Shown: positions 1 through 10,928 of the stretch, one piece after another | Layout of the letters: each line of letters starts with the position of its first letter | Position numbering within the stretch: position 1 is the first letter of the stretch | Source: Vicugna vicugna | Lineage: Eukaryota | Length of the DNA: 64,000 nucleotides | Assembly (NCBI GenBank): GCA_013265495.1 | Contig: MU060401.1 | Coordinates: forward strand, 2,108,001-2,172,000 | Reading direction: 5' to 3' | Notes under the pieces: generated by a model | What the model was told of the DNA's origin: nothing | Seen by the model: only the letters and a program-made list of their open reading frames with translations | Databases searched by the model: none | Made by a program: the position numbers and the translations under genes

Positions 1-671
1 CCGGCCTCATCCTCAGCACAACTTCCCAGCATCAACCGCTGGGACCGTCCTGATGGGGCCGCCATGTAGGGCTGCTATTCACAGAGCCCACCCAGCTTGC
101 AGGATAAGTGGCGCCCCTCCCAGCCATGCAATGAAATGACCCAGCTCCTCACCCATCCCCTCAGAAGGCCAGGTGCCAGCCCTGCGGCACAGACACCCTT
201 CGCCAGTCCTGCCCCCGCGGTCTCCTCTCGTTGGAGAAATTCACCCAGGTGGCCCCTAACTTTGCAGGGGCCCTTCCCACCTGACACCAACACTCCAAGG
301 GGTAGCCACAGGGGGACACTTCCCCGGCTTCCTCCCTGGCTGTCATCTTGGGAGACTTAATTATCTGCGGAGCTGGGATTTGAAACCAGGTCCAGTCTGA
401 GTTCAATACCAAATTTCTTATCTAACTAAAGATAAGTTACTGGAAAGAGTAGGTACTTAATGTTCGCTCTGTTCTTACATCTATTTATCTATCAAATATT
501 GGCTCTGTTCTTATCTTGTATATATATAATTTGTATATATGCACAGAAAGGATATGTATATAAATATTACACAAGGATATAGGTAAGAATAGGTAGAAGA
601 AATATGAATACATACATGCACGCACACGTGTAATCTCATACACACACACACAATCTTTTGATCTTGTCGAG

Positions 672-780
672 AACCCACTGGGGAAGGCACCAGCATCTTC
701 ATCCCCGTGTCACAGATGAGCAGACGAAGTCCCAGAGACACCAGGCGCCTGGCTTCCGAGTCCACTCTCTTAACCGTGCG
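672..780 (-). mobile_element. MIR SINE fragment
   Basis: catccccgtgtcacagatgagcagac...cagaga resembles the MIR core on the minus strand. Confidence 0.6.
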
Positions 781-866
781 CCCTGCTGCGGGGGCCGAGA
801 CGTGGCACAGCACCGAAGGGCTCAGGCCAGTGCCTGGCACGGGAGGGCTCAGGGCCTGGTGGCATT
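781..866 (+). mobile_element. MIR 3' end, strongly GC-shifted
   Basis: cagtgcctggcac anchor with flanks alignable to the MIR 3' terminus. Confidence 0.55.
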
Positions 867-1269
867 TCGCACGGGAGGGTCTGAAGGGAGCCCGGAGAGG
901 CAGCCCAGGGGGTTCCTCCAGGCTGGGGCTTTCTCACTGACCTTCTGCGGGGAGGGGGCGCGGGGCTGGGTTATCTCACTGTGGCCTTTCAACCTCTGGG
1001 AGAGCTGGGGTCAGGGCCGGGGCAGCAGGCCTGCCGGGCGCTGGAGGGCCAGGCAACATGGAGCCTGTCAACGTGAGACATCCCAGGAGGACCGCTGGGG
1101 AGGGCCCAGGGGGCGGCAGAGAGGTGGGGGGACGATGCTGTGCGATTCACATCCAGCCTGGGGACGGAGGGGCCGCCCCCTCCCCGCTCTCCTCCTTCCA
1201 CCAGCAACTCTTAGCTTCAGGGCTTCCTTTTGCAGCTTTGAATGGCAGTAGTGATGTATCTGTAAGGAA

Positions 1270-1700
1270 AACTATGAAATGCAGAAGCGTGTAGCATCCT
1301 ATCACCCAGAGCGAAGCGATGATAATTGCTGGATATATCACTACCCGCCCCCTAGCTTCTTCCTACTCCAGATAAGGGATATATGTACACATCAGATTGT
1401 CCTCCTTTTGCAAAACTGGAATCACACTGTACCATTCTTCTGCAACATCCATTTTTTCACGGATACATCCTGGATATTTTTCAAGTGAAAATTCATGGGT
1501 CTACTGGGTTCTTTTTAAGCATTGCCTAATATTCCTCGCTGTGGCTGTGTCATCCGTGCTTAGCCACTTCCCTATGGACACGGACACAAAGGTCACGCCG
1601 GCTTTTTCCCCCACGTTGTAAAATGTGCTACAATCAAAACCCTTGTCCGTGTTCCTTGAGCACTTGCTGCGTCTTCTGTTTCGCTGGCATGGAGTTCCAG
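1270..1700 (-). mobile_element. Old L1 (L1ME-like) 3' fragment
   Basis: tggaatcacactgtacc...ttctttttaagcattgcctaatattcc...ccacttccctatggac resembles the L1M 3' region in reverse. Confidence 0.55.
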
Positions 1701-1740
1701 ACGTCCATTTATACGCAGCCCGAGTGTTATCTGTGTCTGG

Positions 1741-1770
1741 GTGTGTGTGTGTGTGTGTGTGTGTCTGTGT
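1741..1770. repeat. (GT)n microsatellite
   Basis: gt x12 followed by ctgtgt. Confidence 0.95.
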
Positions 1771-2054
1771 GAGAAAGAGAGAAAAAGAGGGAGCGAACAG
1801 ATACCAAGGATCAATGAATCTAAAGACAAAAATGGAAAAAAATATGATTAAGGCTTTTACGTAATATACCCTTGAGAGAAAAGATTTTTCTGCCATTTTT
1901 AAAGGGAGAAGATAAATATCATGATATTCTAGTCAAATGACTACCTCATTTCACAAAGGAGATTGAGGTCCAAAAGGGAGTTGGCTGGCCCCACCTCTAG
2001 GACAGTGGTGTCCGGCAGAAGCGAAGTGGCCCGGTGGGTGGGGCACCCAGGTGC

Positions 2055-2117
2055 GCACTGTGGTCAACTTGATGAGCCAGAGGGCAGGGTGGGGCGCCCA
2101 GGATGGAAGGAATGAGA
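2055..2117 (+). repeat. Local direct repeat, copy 1 (copy 2 at 3102-3169)
   Basis: 2059-2112 matches 3111-3164 at 52 of 54 bases. Confidence 0.9.
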
Positions 2118-3101
2118 CTTGTCATATGGAGAAGACAGCCCTGGCTTGCCACCTGGGGCCCTGGGATCCCTTCTGCCCTGCCTGAGTCCCCATCTCCAGT
2201 GCCTGTGCCCTTGTGCTCCCGTTGGCCTGAATCTGCAACTCCCCCCATGGAGAAGGCTCACCGGGTACTGGAGTGAGCTGCCCTCCTTGGCAGAGAGAGA
2301 AGTATCTGGGACTTTGGGTTTCCCCTGGGCAGCCTGGAGGCTGTGACTGATCAGTGGAGGGAGGGAAGCCCAGCTCCCTTGCTTGAGTCAAGACAAATTC
2401 AGAGGCGTGACTCACACTCCAGGGCGCACCATGGGATCAGGCTGAGACTCTGCCTAGAACCGCATCCTCGCTGAACTCCTTCTCCGGCATCCCCCTCTTC
2501 CTTCCAGGTTTCCTCTGGGGGACAACCCACTAATAAATGCCTTACACACAAGACTTGGCTCAAAGTCTGCAGACTTGAGGCACCAGGATGATAGCAGTGC
2601 CACGAAGCCTTCTATTGGGAGCCATGTCTTCCTTCAGTGGTCGTCCAGCCTCCAGACGTCAAATTCCCACGCTGCCACAGAGCAAGTGGAGTCAGCCTCC
2701 CCGAAGCGAGTTTGATGGTGTGAATCAGGAAACTGAAAGGCTCGGCACTTCTTGCTCTGGTCATCCTACAACTGAAAATGCAGCCTGAAAAAAGAGCTGT
2801 CACTCACTCCTCCCTTTGCTAGCTACAACCCTCTGTTTTCTCATCTGTGAAATGGAACCATCCCAGTGCCTATACCATAAGCTGGCAATGCGTTTCACTG
2901 CTTAAATCCCAGGGCCTGAGTAATGAGTAAATGCTAACCAAGTGCTGCAGGGTACCCTGCTCACAGCATTTACATTTCCCAGACTCAGAGATTAACACAT
3001 TGTCATGACAATTCCTTATTAACTGCCATCATATTGATAAATACACAGGCATATTATTAAGTAGAATTTTTCTTTTCCTGGAAGAATATAAAGGACTCTT
3101 A

Positions 3102-3169
3102 GCACTGTGTTGTGGTCAACTTGATGAGCCAGAGGGCAGGATGGGGTGCCCAGGATGGAAGGAAGGAGA
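3102..3169 (+). repeat. Local direct repeat, copy 2 (copy 1 at 2055-2117)
   Basis: tgtggtcaacttgatgagccagagggcagg(a/g)tgggg(t/c)gcccaggatggaaggaa shared. Confidence 0.9.
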
Positions 3170-3280
3170 TTGGAGAAACAGGAGAGGCGGTGGGGGGGGT
3201 GTCCCAGAAAATACAGAGATGCAGGGTCAGGTGACCCAGGTGCCTGGCCCGTGGTAAGTATTTTAAGTTCTTTAGAAATA

Positions 3281-3432
3281 TTCACTCCTTTTGTTTTTGC
3301 AACAACTCTATACGGTAGCGACTGTCATCGCCCTCATTTCAGAGATGGGAGGAGGAGGCCCAGAGAGGTTCGGTCAGTTGCTCAAGGTCACCCAGCTGGT
3401 AAGTGGCTATCCATGAAACCTAACTCAGCCAC
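3281..3432 (-). mobile_element. MIR SINE
   Basis: caacaactctat...cctcatttcagagatg...ggcccagagaggtt...gctcaaggtcacccagctggtaagtggc. Confidence 0.8.
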
Positions 3433-4900
3433 GTGCTAGACTGAAGACAACGGGGATGAAAATTACAGGGCTTGGGACCAAATCTTTGATTCTGAAGCTG
3501 CTGAAGCATGTGATGTGAGTCTCGGGGACGGGGTGACCTCGCCCAGAGCACTGGAAGCACCTTTGATTCCAGGTCTGAGGCTCCAACCCTGCTGCCTGGA
3601 GAAGTCCCTGGATTAAACTGACAAGGGCTTTGCGGCTCAGGGCCAGGAACACACCTGGCAGGTGGCAGTGCTTCACGGATGCTCGGCCAACACACAGGAC
3701 AGCCGCGGTGGGCCCTGGGGGAGAGGTTGTTAGACTCAGCCCTCCTTCCCTAGACCTGGACCATTCTAGACAGAGCTGGACCTGGAATTTCCCCCGAGAT
3801 CCTCTCACCTGGCTTAAAACCAAGCCCTCCTAGGCGGCCTCTTCAGGGACTGCTGTTTTCAGAGAGTGGGTCCTGAGACAGGTTATGCCTCCCTGAGAGC
3901 TTTGGCCAGGACCTCTGTTCAGCAACGCACCAGGATGTGACAGCCTCCTTGCCTGGCCCTGAGCTGCTCTGATGGGAAAGTCTGAGCGCTGATCTGGACC
4001 CTCACCTGGGTTCCAGGAGACGTTTTTACTGCATTTCTGCAAGATGCCTGAGTCACACCTGGTCAGACAGGGGTCTCTGTGGAAGCACCCGGGAGGGGCA
4101 TATGACCGGAGAAAACCTGGAATGACCCTGGGGCTTTCTCAGGTCTGAACTCCCCTGTGGTCTGGGCGGGGGATTCGCACTTGCCTCCGCGGTGTTTGTT
4201 TCAGCAGAAAATCATATGGGGGTCAGCCGATCACCCCACCACTATCCATGTGACTTCCAAAAATTTTAACTTCTGAGTCTCAGTTTTCCTCTCTGCAAAC
4301 TAAGGGGCAAATACTTCTCTTCCTCGGACTATCATGAGCGTTAAGTGGAAGGTCACGTTCATAGCCTTGCATGTCCTAACTCACACTTGCGGGATCACTT
4401 GGGACAGGAGGGTGACCTAGTGACTTATCCGATGTAGAGCAAAACAGACCATCTATGAAAAAACTCCACAAGAGTTTTCATTGAAGAGAAAAGAAAGCCA
4501 AACAAATATGGTAACTCAGAAGCCTCTGTTGACCGTTCCCAAGGGTTACCACTCTAACTAGTTTGGGTGACACTTGAGCCTTTTTTTTTTTAATGCGTTT
4601 TTATATTTCAAATATCAGTGTACCTCTTGATGGTCTGGGAAGTGTGTTTTCTTGGAGGATCAGAGTCTACCTATTTTGCAAGTTAGTGATTTTTATGCGA
4701 TACACCTCAGAACGGGGTGGAACGTTTCCAGCTTCAGTGTCTGTGGCTCCGTTAGCACTGGGTCCTATGAAGTACCACTCAGTACTTATCACTCATTTGA
4801 CGGCTCCCCCTTTGGTGGATGTCTCGCTGTGGCTACCTGCTTTCTGCGTTAGGAGTCACTCTGCACAGGGACATCTGATGCTCGTTTATCTTTGGGCACC

Positions 4901-5347
4901 TGTGGTAGCATTTCTAGAGAATCATCTGTCGGCTCCCCAGAAGGACCCCCGGAGAGAGCCGTAGGTCAAGGATGCAAAGTTTATTAGACTTACTGCAGTA
5001 AGGGAGAGCCTCTCTGTGACAGAGCCTCCAAAGGGAACTAAAGCAGAGTATTTATAGGGTTTGAAGAATTGGGCTGGATGATTCCAAGGTGGGCCTTACA
5101 AGGTAGGGAAAGTGTTGGGATTTGGCAGAATTTATGACATAATGGCTTTGAGTGGGTGGACACAGCAAGGCTAGGATTCAGCAGGGGAGGGGGTGAATCT
5201 TAATGCGCAGAACATCTTGATAAGCAAGTGGTCTAGCCTTATCTTCCAGGGCCAAATGTGTCCTGAAACCAGCAGCTGGGTTAATTTCTGCGTGGCCTCT
5301 GCTTTGCTTAATGCAGGAACAGAAATGGATGCTGGTTTCAATTTTCA
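4901..5347 (-). mobile_element. Solo LTR, MER68/MER76/MER77-like
   Basis: TG...CA termini; aaagtttattagacttactgcagtaagggagag; minus-strand start tgaaaattgaaaccagc resembles the TGAGAACTGA start of this group; exact family uncertain. Confidence 0.6.
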
Positions 5348-5402
5348 ATGCCTACAAGGTGCATTTTTGAGTCAGAAGTATGCCGGCAATAATAAAAAGC
5401 AG

Positions 5403-5442
5403 GCTGACTGTTAGTCAATTTTATTGTTGTTTTTCTTTACAG
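5403..5442 (+). promoter_or_regulatory. Candidate 3' splice site
   Basis: ctgac branch-like motif at 5404, then ttttattgttgtttttctttacAG (AG at 5441-5442). Confidence 0.4.
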
Positions 5443-5446
5443 ACAA

Positions 5447-5557
5447 ATGCGCCTTCTTCTTGCCCAGGGCAGCCTCTTTGCTGCGCTCCTCGCTTCAGCT
5501 CCCCACAGTGTTCCAGTGATTGGCGCTGAAGTATTTTGGAGATTTGGCAGGCGATAA
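5447..5557 (+). CDS. Hypothetical 36-aa RFamide-precursor-like small ORF (MRLLLAQGSLFAALLASAPHSVPVIGAEVFWRFGRR)
   Basis: Translated by hand: hydrophobic N-terminus, C-terminal RF-G-RR, TAA TAA, AATAAA at 5556-5561; weak Kozak context (C at -3 and +4); no homolog recognised. Confidence 0.2.
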   Translation: MRLLLAQGSLFAALLASAPHSVPVIGAEVFWRFGRR

Positions 5558-5699
5558 TAAAATTCGAAACAACGGCAAAGATAAAATCATTCCTTTCTGC
5601 GGTTTTGACACTCCCACCACTCCCCCCGCCCCATCCTGGCTCATAAAATACTGGTTCCAAGTTATATTTCTGCCTACAGTGTGAGAGGTTAATTACTTT

Positions 5700-6680
5700 C
5701 TTTAAAGTTTTTTTTTAATGTGGGAATAATTTTAGATTTACGTAACAGCTGCACAGACAACGCAGAGAATTTCCACGCACCCTCGCCCCTCCTGTTGGCA
5801 TCCTCCATCATCTTGGGACATGTATCAAACCTGAAAAACCGTATTTACAAAACAGAAACAGCCTCACAGACATAGAAAACAAACTTTCGGTTACCCAAGA
5901 GGAAAGCGGCGGGGGAGGGGTAAATTAGGAGTTCGGGACTAGCAGATACAAAGTATGCATAAAATAAATAAGCAACAATGACCCATCTTATAATAACCTA
6001 TAATGAAAAAGAACATATCTATGTGTAACTGAATCACTACGCTGTGCACCGGAAACTCAACGTTGTAAATCAACTATACTTTAATTTTAAAAAGCGGAAA
6101 AATTAGGAAAAAAAAAAACAACCCAAGAAACCAACTTGGGTACAAGACTGTTAACTGAACATTATTCCCACTTTTCAGTGGGAATATTCAGATCTCACCA
6201 CCTCTTACATAGTCGTATTTCTTTTTTTGTTCCAATGTCTCATCCAGGATCCCACTTGTGTTTACCCATCTTGTCTCCTCCAGTCTGTCGGTTTCTCAGT
6301 CTTTCTGTGTTGCCCTTGACTGTGACTGAGTTGAAGGCTACTACTGGTCAGAATGTCCCTGAATCGGGGCTTACGTTTTAATCCTGACGAGATTGGGGTT
6401 ACGGGTCCCTGGGCAGAAGACCACAGAGACACAGTGCCCCATCCGTCACCTGCCCTCGCAGGTGTGGCATTCACCTTGATCACTTGGTGGAGGTGGTGTC
6501 TGCCAGGTTCCTTCACTGTAAAAGCTACCATTTTCTGCCTTTCCACATCCTCTTGAAGAGGGAGACGGGAGGAAGCTCCACCTTCCGGACGGGGAGGTAC
6601 TTAACTTACATTCTTTGGTTTCTCTTGCGATGAAGGTTTATTCCCACTTCCCTCATCCATCCTTTTTGTCAAAAGAGAAT
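5700..6680 (-). mobile_element. L1MC-type 3' end, interrupted at about 5841-6132 by a younger L1
   Basis: ataattttagatttac...gtatcaaac continues after the insert as ttgggtacaagactgttaac...gatcacttggtggaggtggtgtctgccagg. Confidence 0.75.
5841..6124 (+). mobile_element. 5'-truncated artiodactyl-type L1 3' end with A-rich tail
   Basis: atttacaaaacagaaacag...cacagacatagaaaacaaac...gtaactgaatcact...gtaaatcaactatact plus A tail; possible TSD aaaaacc / agaaacc. Confidence 0.9.
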
Positions 6681-6888
6681 TTCGCAAATTCCACTAGAAT
6701 ACACATCTTTCTCCCAGATGGATAACGACATGCTTGATGAATTCAACATCACTGCCCCACCCTCCAGTTTCATCCGATTTGATTGATTGGCATGTCCCCG
6801 GCAAAGTTCTCAAGCAAGATTCCCCAAGCTCCTTCCCAGTCTTCTGAAACCCCCCTGGGGTCAGGCATCAAACGGCTACCATCTTAGG

Positions 6889-7064
6889 TGTGGCTTCTCA
6901 AACTGCGGCCCCTGGACCAAGGATCTGCTTCGCCTGGGAGCTGGTCAGACATGCAGAGTCCCAGGCCCCACCTGGATGGCCTGATTCATTCAGACTCTGC
7001 ATTTTAACAAACCTCCCCCGTCCCCAGGTGACTGGTGTACAGGCTTAGCATTTGAGAAGGGCCG
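6889..7064. mobile_element. MER5A hAT-Charlie MITE
   Basis: gtggcttctcaaactg...ccaggccccacc...actctgcattttaacaa...ccccaggtga...tttgagaag. Confidence 0.85.
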
Positions 7065-7569
7065 TCTTAGAATCCCAGAGTCCCCGGAAATGGGGCAGAT
7101 CAGCTCCAAGCAGGGGAGTGGTCCCACCTCCGTTGCTGTAGCACCTGCTGTCATTCTGGCTCCCACATCTGGTTCAGTTGGAGGATGGTTAGGAAAGACA
7201 GAAGTGAGGATCATGGAGGTAAGTGGTGAGAGGCCGGTGGAGCAGAAAGACGGCTCAGAGACAACCCTGAGCTTGCAGGACGGCTGGTGGGCAGAGAGAG
7301 GCGGGCGAGAGGCGGATGGTATCAGCGGTGCTGATAGATGAGCGCGGTGCCTGGGATGGCCTTGGGGAGACGGATGAGAGCAGGGACCCCGTGATGGATG
7401 AGCTGGGGTGGGGAGGCTGCTTGACAGCTGCAAGGAGCAAAGGGCTCAGGGTTCAAGAGTCCACCGTGGGTGGCAGCAAAGCCCGACAGCCACGGGAGAG
7501 AAGGCACTCCTTTCTGCAGCGACGTTCACAAAAGCTTACCTACTCCCTCTCTCTTGTAAAAAAAAAAAT

Positions 7570-7800
7570 TTTTTTTAAGTTTATAGTTCAGTGGCATTCA
7601 ATACACGCACACTATGGTGCAACCATCACCACCATCCACCTCCAGGACTGTGTCATCTTGCAACGCTGAAACTCTACCCATTGAACAGTGACTCCCCATT
7701 CCCCACTCTCCCCGGCCCCTCACAACCGCCCTTCTACCTTCTGTCTCTGCATTTAACTCCTCTAGGAACTTCGTATGAGTGGAATCATAAAGTACCTGCC
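7570..7800 (-). mobile_element. L1MA/L1MB 3' fragment
   Basis: cagtggcattcaatac...gtgcaaccatcaccaccatccacctccag...ctctaggaacttcgtatgagtggaatcata. Confidence 0.85.
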
Positions 7801-8655
7801 TTTCCAGACCTCTTCCCAGCTTCACAACTGCCCTCTGAGACCGATGGAGCAGAAGGTGTTAGCCCCATGGCGGAGATGAGGAAACTGAGGGTCACAGTGA
7901 ACTTTCTGGCCCTGGGTCTCACACCTCGTAGGTAAATGGCCCACTTTAGAGTCTTAATTAAGAAACCCTCTTGGCTCTGCTGAGGAATGTTCTGACCCAC
8001 CTGCCGTGAAGGCGGGCTGGAAAAGAAACAAACAGGACTGGGGTGGGGGGGTCATCTCTGAGATCAAGGTTTCTGCGAGGAATGAATGATTATAGTTTGC
8101 AAATGTCCCCAGCACCTGCCTTGGTACCTGCCACCAAAAAGACACTCAGACGTTTGTTGAGTAAATAAACTATAGACTCTTTTTCTTTCTCATTTTAACC
8201 ATTGATGAAGATGAGTTTGCTAAGACGGGACGGGGGGATCTCTTCCAGGAAACTCGGGTAATAGGAACGTGGTGGCTTCAGTAAAATCAAGTTCACGGCG
8301 AATTCAGAAGGCATCCCTGGCTTGTGCTGGGGCTCCCATCCCTGCACTGATCACCCATGCACGCGCACCAGGTTGAGGCTAGGATTCAACACGCCTTGAC
8401 TGTGAAGCCATTTCACGCTGGCCTTTTCAATTAGAAAGCCCTGAAATGCACCTGCAGCCTTTACCCTAAAAGACAGTGTCACTGGCGAGCTTTCACGCTG
8501 TGTTCTGGTTAATTAAGACAATAGACATTATTGATCACCAACCACATGCTTACCTTTAAAAACAGGGATCATATTTAATGTCTTCCTACCCCCTTGTCCA
8601 CTAAACAGCTTAAACTTACATTACTAACCATAATTTTTTTTTCCCTAAACTAGAC

Positions 8656-8727
8656 CAGAGGTTGGCAAGTCAAGGGCCAGACAGTAAATATTTTGGACTT
8701 TGAGGGCTGTACATTCTCTATTGCAAC
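8656..8727 (+). mobile_element. MER58A 5' fragment
   Basis: cagaggttggcaa...aagggccagacagtaaatattttggactttg matches the MER58A start. Confidence 0.75.
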
Positions 8728-9047
8728 AAAAATACCATAGACTTGGGGCTGAAAGAACGGGAATTTCTCACCGTTCTGGAAGCTGGAGCCCCAAGCCCTG
8801 GGAACTGGCGGTTTCAGTGTCCGGTGAGAGCCCGCTTCCTGGTTCACAGGCCATCCTCTGTGTCCTCACCAGGGAGGGGAAGGGACGAGGCAGCTCTCTG
8901 GGGCCTCCTTCATCAGGGCACTAATTCTGTGCAGAGGGCTAAACCCTCATGACCTCATCATCTCCCAAACGCCCCACCTCCCGACATCATCATATTGGGG
9001 GACAGTTTTCTCCATGTCAGTTTTGGGGGGGTGTAACTCAGTCTACA
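8725..9047 (-). mobile_element. MLT1A-type MaLR LTR
   Basis: aaaataccatagact...ccgcttcctggttcac...agctctctggggcctc...gggcactaat...ccctcatgacc...gccccacctcc. Confidence 0.9.
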
Positions 9048-9276
9048 AGTCTCCAGGCATGGGGGCATTAAATGCCCTCCACACCCCCCATTTTTGTTTC
9101 TATATTTGTTTTCAATCCCTTCGGAGGCAGTTTAATAAAGGGGCTGCATTTGAATGTGCCACCCAAGTCCTGCTGGGACCTTGAATGTTGGGAGAATTAA
9201 ACAGACAATCCAGGCCCCTCACTAAGGGCTTCACCTACATCAGCTCCTTCTTTCCCTCCTAGGAGTTAAGGTGAGC

Positions 9277-9833
9277 CTGGCAGACAGGCTCCAAGGAGGT
9301 GCCCAGCCATTCCCACCCCCTGGTGTGTATGCACTTGCCAACCTACCCCAGCCCCCACCCCCTTGGGTGTATGTAGGACCTGGGGCTTGTTTCTAACCAA
9401 CAGCACATGGCAAAGCGGGCAGGATGCCACACCTGTGACATGTTACATGGATGGTAACTCCCATGCTGCTAAAAGACTCTCTCCCTTGCTGGCTCTGAGG
9501 AAGCCAGAAGCCGCACTGGGAAGGGCCTCGTGGCAGGGAGAGCCAAGGGCAGCCTCCCCCCAACAACCAGGGAGGGACCGAGGCCCTTGGTCCTACCACC
9601 TACAAGTGACTGGGTCCTGCCAGTGACACGGGAGCTTGGGAGCAGATCCTTCCCCAGCTGAGCCTTCAGATGAGATCCCAGACTTGGCTGACGCTGTGAT
9701 TGTGGCCTTGCCACAGACCTCGTCCCAGAGGACTCAGCCAAGCAATGCACTGATTCCCCACAGAAACAGAGAATAAACGTGTGCTATTTTGAGCTGCGTT
9801 TGTGCTAATCTGGTAAGGAGCCACAACTGCACA
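9277..9833 (+). mobile_element. MLT1E/F-type MaLR LTR
   Basis: gagcttgggagcagatccttccccagctgagccttcagatgaga...ggctgac...aataaacgtgtgctatttt. Confidence 0.85.
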
Positions 9834-10928
9834 AGATAATTGGCTCCATTTTACAGGTGGGAACAGTGAGGTTCAGAGACGTGAGCTAACTTGCCTAAAG
9901 GACACGGCGAGGAAACTGGCAGGCCGAGGACTGTCAGGCATTTGCACTAACCGCCCCTCCTCTGGGCGCACATGTTTCCACCAAGTAGATGTCCTCTTAA
10001 GTGTCCCTGTCCTTGGTGAATGACTTGCCTCTGAGCCCCTTCCTGCTCTACCCGGCACCACCCGGGGAGCAGCGGGAGGCCAGGGTTTGTAAAACAGTGT
10101 CCGCCTGTCAGCGCTGGCATTTGTCAAAGGAAGTGACTGCTCTTGGGCCCCCACGCCGGTCCCAAAGTGGACACCGCTTTTGAAATGTGCTAACGTACAA
10201 GCTTGTCAGGCTCAGCCTGGGGGAGCTGGAGCTGGAGCGGTGAGCTGATGTCGGGGCACCGAGAAGGGGAGGCAGCCGCTGCAGAGAGCTGGGCACCTCT
10301 TTTCTTTGTCCACCTCTTGTCCACAGCCTCTTTCTCCGAAGCACTCATGGGCTGGGTGGTGAGGGGCCGGGCGAGCAGAGACCACCTCTCCTCAGATCTT
10401 CCTGTTCTCAGAGCTGATGAACCAGCGAGGAATCCAGACTCAGATGCCCTCTTACCAGTGCCAAGGGCCCCTTTCTGTTACAGGGTAGAGGGAGACTACC
10501 TGGGGATACAGTCCATCAACTGAAGGACTTGGGAGCAGAACCTGGGGAAGACTATTCCCTTTGGAAAGGGGGGCATGGGAGCAGCTGGCTGCCTGGGTTA
10601 AGAGGACATTCTCAGGTCGTCCTGCCTCATGGGTCTGCTTCACATCACCATTGTCTGTCTGCTCTTACTAAACAGGAAGAGGTAACTCCAGATAAAGAAT
10701 GTACACAAGTCATCTCTAATCAGTAAGAGGGCGGGGACTTTGTTGCCCAGGAACTGGAGATACAGTGGTGAGCAAGACACTGAACCTGTTTGAAGGGCTT
10801 TAATCATCTACTAAAATACTTGAGTAATTACCAAGTACCAGGTGTCATGCTAGACCCAGGGATACAGTAGAAACAAGATCTAAATCAAATCCTAGTATTT
10901 GAGTTTACCTCTTGGTGAGGGAATCAAA

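Noticed and set aside
658-1251. 197-aa plus-strand ORF
   Set aside because: Runs through two MIR fragments in very GC-rich DNA where stops are rare.
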